Source: Oceanispirochaeta sp. (GTDB lineage: Bacteria > Spirochaetota > Spirochaetia > DSM-2461). Taken from it: a DNA stretch of 64,000 bases. Positions within the stretch are counted from its first letter, which is position 1; the number at the start of each line of letters is the position of its first letter. Shown in pieces: positions 58,980 through 64,000 of the stretch. Location: NCBI GenBank assembly GCA_963666275.2, contig CAXXOA010000002.1:896001-960000 (forward strand), in the 5' to 3' direction. A program made the position numbers and the translations under genes. Below the pieces are notes generated by a model that was not told the DNA's origin, did not search any database, and saw only the letters and a program-made list of their open reading frames with translations.

Positions 58980-60305
58980 TTATTTGAATTTATACACAAG
59001 AATCCGGGAATTCCTGTCTTTGTTGTAGAGAGCCCTTTTGGCTTCCGGAAGAGATTCCAGCCCGGCAGGGGTGAATCCCAGATTAACAAACCAGTCCGAG
59101 GTCTGGGTGGTGAGGACAAAGATTTCCTCCAGCCCCATATCCCTGCCTTTCTCGAGCAGAAAAGAGACCATCTTGCGGCCTATATTCAGATGGACAAAGC
59201 GGTTCTCCACCGCCAGGCCGGCGATCTCCGCCTTTTTCTCTTCATAGAGATGAAGAGCCGCACAGCCGTGAAGGATTCCGTCCATGGCATAGACCACGAA
59301 ATCGTCAATCTGCGACTCCAGCTGGACTCTGTTCCGGGGAACAAGGATCCCTTTATCCACAAAGGGTTTCATAAGGCTCAGGACGCTGGAGATGTCCTTG
59401 TTCTCCATGGGCCGGATGCGCTCATATATATTGGAGTAGATCATGGTTCCGATACCCAGGTTGGAGAAGATCTCCTTCAGGACAGATCCTTCGATCCTTC
59501 CGTCCAGAATATGAACCCGGTCCACCCCATCCTGACAGGCTGAAACGGCCAGTTCTATCTTTTTGATCAGGGGATTCTCGCTGTTGAGCCTGATAAACTG
59601 CTCCGCCTGGGACACAGACAGTTTCGACAGGCGTCCTTCCGGGCTTATACTGGCATCATCGGGAATCTTGCATGTCGCTTCGGTGAGGCTGTCTTCGGCG
59701 GAAACAAAAAAGAGTTTATTGGCTCCCATGCTCCGGGCAATGACAAGGGACAGTTCGTCTGAAGATATATTGTAGGGATCTCCGTTGCTGTTCCATCCTA
59801 TACAGGGAAAAATCGGGATATGCCCCTCTTTCAGAAGGGTATGAACCGCATCGGTCTGAATCTTTTCCACAGTTCCCGTGTGCTTGTAGTCGACGCCGTT
59901 CACAACGCCTATGGCTCTGGCCTTGACCCAGCTGCCGATCACCGAGGGGATCCCGTTCCCCGACAGCAGGGTCATCACTTTATTGGATACATCAAAGGCG
60001 GCCATTTTAATAAAGTTGATGCTCTCCTCGGTGGAGATGCGGACATCGTTTTCGGTCTCGTAGGGGATCCTGTACTGATTCAGAATTTCATTGATCCTGA
60101 CATGGGCGCCGGGAATAATGATGATTTTTATTCCGTTCTGATGGAGCAGTGCCAGATCTTTCACAAGCAGAGAGAAGTAGGGATGATCAATAATGGGGCT
60201 GTCTATTTTCAGAACAAAAAGGGAGTCCTGAAAACGGCGGTTATAGGAGAAGACCTCCCGGATCAGGTCTACATGTTCTCTCATCTGATTGCTGTCCATC
60301 GACAC
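58980..60305 (-). CDS. argA: N-acetylglutamate synthase (AAK plus GNAT domains)
   Basis: DYKHTGTV, RVHILDG, EIF..GIGT, GCAAL, FVLTTQTSDWF, RNS. Confidence 0.92.
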   Translation of the reverse strand: MSMDSNQMREHVDLIREVFSYNRRFQDSLFVLKIDSPIIDHPYFSLLVKDLALLHQNGIKIIIIPGAHVRINEILNQYRIPYETENDVRISTEESINFIKMAAFDVSNKVMTLLSGNGIPSVIGSWVKARAIGVVNGVDYKHTGTVEKIQTDAVHTLLKEGHIPIFPCIGWNSNGDPYNISSDELSLVIARSMGANKLFFVSAEDSLTEATCKIPDDASISPEGRLSKLSVSQAEQFIRLNSENPLIKKIELAVSACQDGVDRVHILDGRIEGSVLKEIFSNLGIGTMIYSNIYERIRPMENKDISSVLSLMKPFVDKGILVPRNRVQLESQIDDFVVYAMDGILHGCAALHLYEEKKAEIAGLAVENRFVHLNIGRKMVSFLLEKGRDMGLEEIFVLTTQTSDWFVNLGFTPAGLESLPEAKRALYNKDRNSRILVYKFK

Positions 60306-60465
60306 CTCCCTGTTTCATATATCATTCCGTCACCCCGATGGAATGTCAAGTGTGAAACTTAAAGAATCCTCAGTTGCGGTAACAGGTATTTTCCGGTTAT
60401 AGTGAGGGATCAATTCCGGTTTGGAGTCGAACAGGGGACACAAGCCTTCAGGAGAGAAGATAAAA

Positions 60466-60942
60466 ATGAGTGAGAAACTGAAAAACCAGGATCAGGTTCA
60501 GAAGTTCTGGGCAAAAAAAGAAGCTGCTCTCGGAGGAAAAGTGGTTTTTCAAACCTATGTGACCTATCTCGGAGATGCCGGTACGGGAGAATACAACGGC
60601 AGAGGCGGCCTTTTTTATGTCATCAATGACAGGCTCTATTTTGAAGACTTTGAAAAATTCAATGCTCTGATGGCACTGCTCAACCGGAAAGACGATGATT
60701 ATGAAAAAACGGAATTTTCCATTCCTCTGAAAGATATTTCCCAGATGTACAAAGTCAGTGAAAAAGACGCCAAAGCCTGCATCGACGGTCAGCTGCCGGA
60801 GGACCGTATTCCCGAAATGAGCAGGCTCAGATCCTTTTTCAGCCGAGGGTTCTGTAAGATCGTTGCCGCCGGAAGGCCCACCATGTTTATGGAGATCATG
60901 GAAGAGGACGCCCTTCTGAAGCTCCTTCCCAATCTCAGCTGA
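60466..60942 (+). CDS. Hypothetical protein (possible PH-like fold)
   Basis: AGGAG upstream; GLFYVINDRLYF..SIPLKDI pattern. Confidence 0.7.
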   Translation: MSEKLKNQDQVQKFWAKKEAALGGKVVFQTYVTYLGDAGTGEYNGRGGLFYVINDRLYFEDFEKFNALMALLNRKDDDYEKTEFSIPLKDISQMYKVSEKDAKACIDGQLPEDRIPEMSRLRSFFSRGFCKIVAAGRPTMFMEIMEEDALLKLLPNLS

Positions 60943-60951
60943 TATCCGATC

Positions 60952-61428
60952 CTACTGTCTTCTATAAGTAATAAAAGAGTACTCCGGGGTACCTGTTTCT
61001 TCCGTCTTTTTCCACTGAGCCATATTCAGTTCCGGAAAAAAGGTATCCCCGTCTATGGTCTGATGCACCAGGGTCAGCTCAATGGTGTCGGCCAGGTCCA
61101 TGGCTGCTTCGTAGATGGTTCCTCCCCCGCAGATAAACACCTTCTCCTTTCCTGAACAGTATTCCAGGGCTTCCTCCAGAGAGGCGCAAACCTTGTCCCC
61201 CTCCTGAAGATCTCTGTTGCGGGATATGACTATATTCTCCCGGTGGGGGAGCGGTTTTTTCGGCAGGGAGTCGTAGGTTTTCCGTCCCATTATGATTGGA
61301 TATCCCTTTGTCAGGGATTTGAATCTCTGAAGGTCCTCTTTGATATGCCACGGCAGGGTATTGCTCACGCCGATCACCCGGTTTTCCGAGGCTGCCACAA
61401 TTATAATGATTTCAGGCTTTTTACTCAT
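60952..61428 (-). CDS. folA: Dihydrofolate reductase
   Basis: VIG..LPW..DL.RFK, IMGRKT, PLP.R, GG, GDTFFP. Confidence 0.96.
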   Translation of the reverse strand: MSKKPEIIIIVAASENRVIGVSNTLPWHIKEDLQRFKSLTKGYPIIMGRKTYDSLPKKPLPHRENIVISRNRDLQEGDKVCASLEEALEYCSGKEKVFICGGGTIYEAAMDLADTIELTLVHQTIDGDTFFPELNMAQWKKTEETGTPEYSFITYRRQ

Positions 61429-61455
61429 TCATATTCCTTTTCTCTCCGGGTCCGA

Positions 61456-62325
61456 TCAGACCGCAATTTCAAACTTGATGGTGGGATGACTCTGATAGCC
61501 TATGATTTTTGAATCCGTATAGACCCAGTCGAAAATGGAACAGTCACCCTCTGTTTCGATCCGGGGGAGTTCATAGGGGTTCCGGGCGAGCTGGGTTTTT
61601 AAACCCTCTACATGGTTTTCGTAGACATGGGTATCCCCCAGAAATCCTACCAGTTTTCCCGGCCTGAATCCCGATTCTCTGGCCAGCAGATGCAGAAGGA
61701 GAGCGTAACTGGCTATGTTGAAGGGCAGTCCCAGAGCCACATCGACGGATCTCTGGTTCCACATAAGGCTTATTCTTCCGTCGATCACTGTTACCTGAAA
61801 GGCATAATGACAGGGAGGCAGAGCCATCCGCTCCAGATCCAGGGGGTTCCAGGCATTTACAAGCATCCTCCGGTCTGCCGGGTTGTTTTTAAGTTTTTCC
61901 ACTAGATTCTTCAGCTGATCCACTCCCTCTCTGGAACCGTCGGGAGTCTTTGTCGAGGGATAGTCCGAGCCGAAATGGCGCCACTGCCAGCCGTAAACGG
62001 GGCCGAGGTCCTTTTCATCCATCATCTTTTCTTTGGATGCCTCATCGTTTCCGTAGGGAACTTTTTCGGGGCTGCACCATTCATCCCAGATATGGTTGTT
62101 CCGCTCCTGGAGCCAGGCTTTGTCTGTGATCCCCTTTATGAAGAATTCAAGCTCTGAGGCCACCAGCCTGAAAGGAACCCGCTTTGTGGTCAGCAGAGGA
62201 AAGCCGGATTCCATATCGTGCTCAAAATAGGCCCCCGGTACTGTAAGGCAGCCGATTCCTGTCCTGTTCTCTTTCAGAGCCCCTTCATTCAGGACTTTCT
62301 GCACAATATCTGTATACGCTTTCAT
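61456..62325 (-). CDS. thyA: Thymidylate synthase
   Basis: RTG, FPLLTTK, LGPVYG.QWR, ALPPCH, QRSVD..GLPFN. Confidence 0.97.
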   Translation of the reverse strand: MKAYTDIVQKVLNEGALKENRTGIGCLTVPGAYFEHDMESGFPLLTTKRVPFRLVASELEFFIKGITDKAWLQERNNHIWDEWCSPEKVPYGNDEASKEKMMDEKDLGPVYGWQWRHFGSDYPSTKTPDGSREGVDQLKNLVEKLKNNPADRRMLVNAWNPLDLERMALPPCHYAFQVTVIDGRISLMWNQRSVDVALGLPFNIASYALLLHLLARESGFRPGKLVGFLGDTHVYENHVEGLKTQLARNPYELPRIETEGDCSIFDWVYTDSKIIGYQSHPTIKFEIAV

Positions 62326-62430
62326 AAATCTCCGCCGGTTTCTGAGGTGCTGCTATGATAGCAGAAATCTCCCGGCAGGAAAATCCCGCATCAGCCCATT
62401 GCAGGCAGGATCCGGAGGGAATAAAAAAAG

Positions 62431-64000
62431 GGGCTGTTGCAAAAGTCTGAAAAGACTTTAGTAGCAGCCTTTTTCTTTTTTGAATGAATCGAACAAAGCA
62501 TTTAGACTGCAAAAAGGGGCCGCAAAGCGACCCCAGCGTGCTACAATTTGTTTAACCACAAACAAATAAAAAGGAGCACGTGGTGAATCTTACAGCATTT
62601 TCCCAACATAGACAATTATTTCTTGATTTAAACATCTCAATCCCCTTTGAAGTAACAGAACATGAAGCAGCACTTATGATTCTGTTGCAAAACCTAGATT
62701 ACAGCCAGTTTGAACAACCAAAGCAGAAATCAGGACGTCCACGAGCTGTCAATTCATACACAATGATGCTGATTCTTCTGTATGCCAGGATTCATGGCAG
62801 GTTTAGTTCGCGAGATGTAGAACGTTTATGCAAACGAGACCTTTTCCTTTTGCAAATCTTAGGTAATCAGAAAGTCCCAGACCATACGACGTTTGACCGT
62901 TTTGTTCATACCCATGAGAAAGCCATTGATGAACTATTTTTTCAGATAGTCGTTCGTCTGGATGCATTGGGAGAGCTTAAGAAAGATGTTGTCTATCAAG
63001 ATGGCACTAAAATAGAGTCAAAAGCTGGTCGATATAGTTTTGTCTGGAAGAAAGCGACTAAAAAGAATCTGGAGAAACTCCATAACCATATCCGGAATTT
63101 GATTACTGAAGTTAATGATATTTTCTCCTGGCACTTGGATCCAGGAGATTATCACACCTCATTGAAAATCCTCATAGAGAAGCTTGTTGCAACAGGAGAG
63201 CCTCTTTTCCCGAAGACAACAGGTCGAGGCCACCGAATCACGAGAGTTCAGAAATTCTATCGAGATGCTCTTGTTTTCCTGGAGAAACTGGAAAAGTACA
63301 ATGAATACCTGACTGCCATGAAGGGTAGGAACAGCATGAGTAAAACTGATCCTGATGCCACGTTTATGCGAATGAAAGAGGACTATATGAGGAACGGGCA
63401 GCTGAAACCAGCTTACAACCTTCAAGTACTAGTTGATAGCGGATATGTTGTCGGAGCTCACGCCAGTGACGATCGCACTGACTATGTAACCATGTGTCCT
63501 GCACTGGATCATATGCATGAACATCTGCCCTGGACATATTCAAAATACTGTGCGGACAGCGGATACGACTGTCAACAAAACTATGAGGCTCTGGAAAAAC
63601 AGAATATAGAGGCTTTCATCAAGCCCCAGTTACACGAGCAATCAAAGAAACGAAAATTCAAAAAGGATATCGGAAAGAAAGAAAACATGATTTATGATCC
63701 TTCAACCGATCATTTCATTTGTGCGAAGGGAAAGAAGCTAAAACTGAAATATGTTCGATCCAGGAAGAATCAATACGGTTATGAAACGACAACACATACA
63801 TATCGTTGTGAAAGAGGGTGTAAGAGCTGCTCTCTCCTTTCTTCCTGTATAAAACGAAGTAAGGCAGACTATAAACAGGTACAGATCAACCACAAGCTGT
63901 CATCTTATCAAAGAAGAGCTACTGCTTTGATATCCAGTCCGGAAGGTAAAGAAATCCGTGTTAATAGAAGTATTCAGGCAGAAGGAGTATTTGCTCAGAT
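62431..64000 (+). mobile_element. IS1182-family insertion sequence, left part (exact end uncertain; runs off the window)
   Basis: Visible shift to AT-richer sequence, terminal hairpin starting GGGCTGTTGCAAAA, transposase ORF. Confidence 0.85.
62583..64000 (+). CDS. IS1182-family DDE transposase, 3'-truncated by the window and absent from the ORF track
   Basis: Hand translation, open frame: GRP..SSR..PDHTT, DGTKIE..FVWKK, SKTDPDATFMRMKED..KPAYN, ADSGY, RSIQAEGVF; AAGGAG RBS before GTG. Confidence 0.92.
   Translation, partial: MNLTAFSQHRQLFLDLNISIPFEVTEHEAALMILLQNLDYSQFEQPKQKSGRPRAVNSYTMMLILLYARIHGRFSSRDVERLCKRDLFLLQILGNQKVPDHTTFDRFVHTHEKAIDELFFQIVVRLDALGELKKDVVYQDGTKIESKAGRYSFVWKKATKKNLEKLHNHIRNLITEVNDIFSWHLDPGDYHTSLKILIEKLVATGEPLFPKTTGRGHRITRVQKFYRDALVFLEKLEKYNEYLTAMKGRNSMSKTDPDATFMRMKEDYMRNGQLKPAYNLQVLVDSGYVVGAHASDDRTDYVTMCPALDHMHEHLPWTYSKYCADSGYDCQQNYEALEKQNIEAFIKPQLHEQSKKRKFKKDIGKKENMIYDPSTDHFICAKGKKLKLKYVRSRKNQYGYETTTHTYRCERGCKSCSLLSSCIKRSKADYKQVQINHKLSSYQRRATALISSPEGKEIRVNRSIQAEGVFAQ

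Noticed and set aside
63159..63425. 88-aa minus-strand ORF in the IS
   Set aside because: Antisense to the open transposase frame
1..64000. Numerous long antisense or alternate-frame ORFs in the track (e.g. 37119-38165, 54887-55894, 48454-49314, 22535-23359)
   Set aside because: They shadow well-supported genes and show no motifs or RBS; expected from codon bias
1..64000. CRISPR array, tRNA, rRNA, prophage or defence island
   Set aside because: No periodic repeat-spacer pattern, cloverleaf, rRNA-like tract or hallmark genes seen

Overview
Gene-dense core-chromosome segment of a free-living-type spirochaete. The assignment is inferred from class I LysRS, FabV, a standalone DbpA-RBD protein, a Cys-less 'LFAAGGQE' binding-protein leader and Bat-infA-dksA-ompA gene order. 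It holds about 60 CDS: signalling (sigma54 activator, PAS-GGDEF-EAL, ErcA-like Fe-ADH plus PAS kinase), lysS, era, clpP, cobQ, argJ plus a MoxR/VWA (Bat) operon, infA/dksA, a fatty-acid operon (fabH-D-G-F-Z-V, no acpP) with a TetR, a purine/nucleoside salvage cluster (yjjG, NCS2, ade, ndk, BMP-ABC), argA-tatD-sppA, thyA-folA, and the left part of an IS1182-family element that runs off the window. No rRNA, tRNA, CRISPR, prophage or defence locus was seen. The most notable unexplained signals are: recurrent promoter-adjacent, SD-less starts suggesting widespread leaderless mRNAs; a shared CTTGTCTGAC operator across the purine cluster; an SppA fused to a putative outer-membrane beta-barrel; an enzyme-sensor ErcA/kinase pair; an uncharacterised acyltransferase plus Zn-ribbon membrane protein pair; and several structured non-coding elements. 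All calls are from reading motifs by eye; no searches were run.
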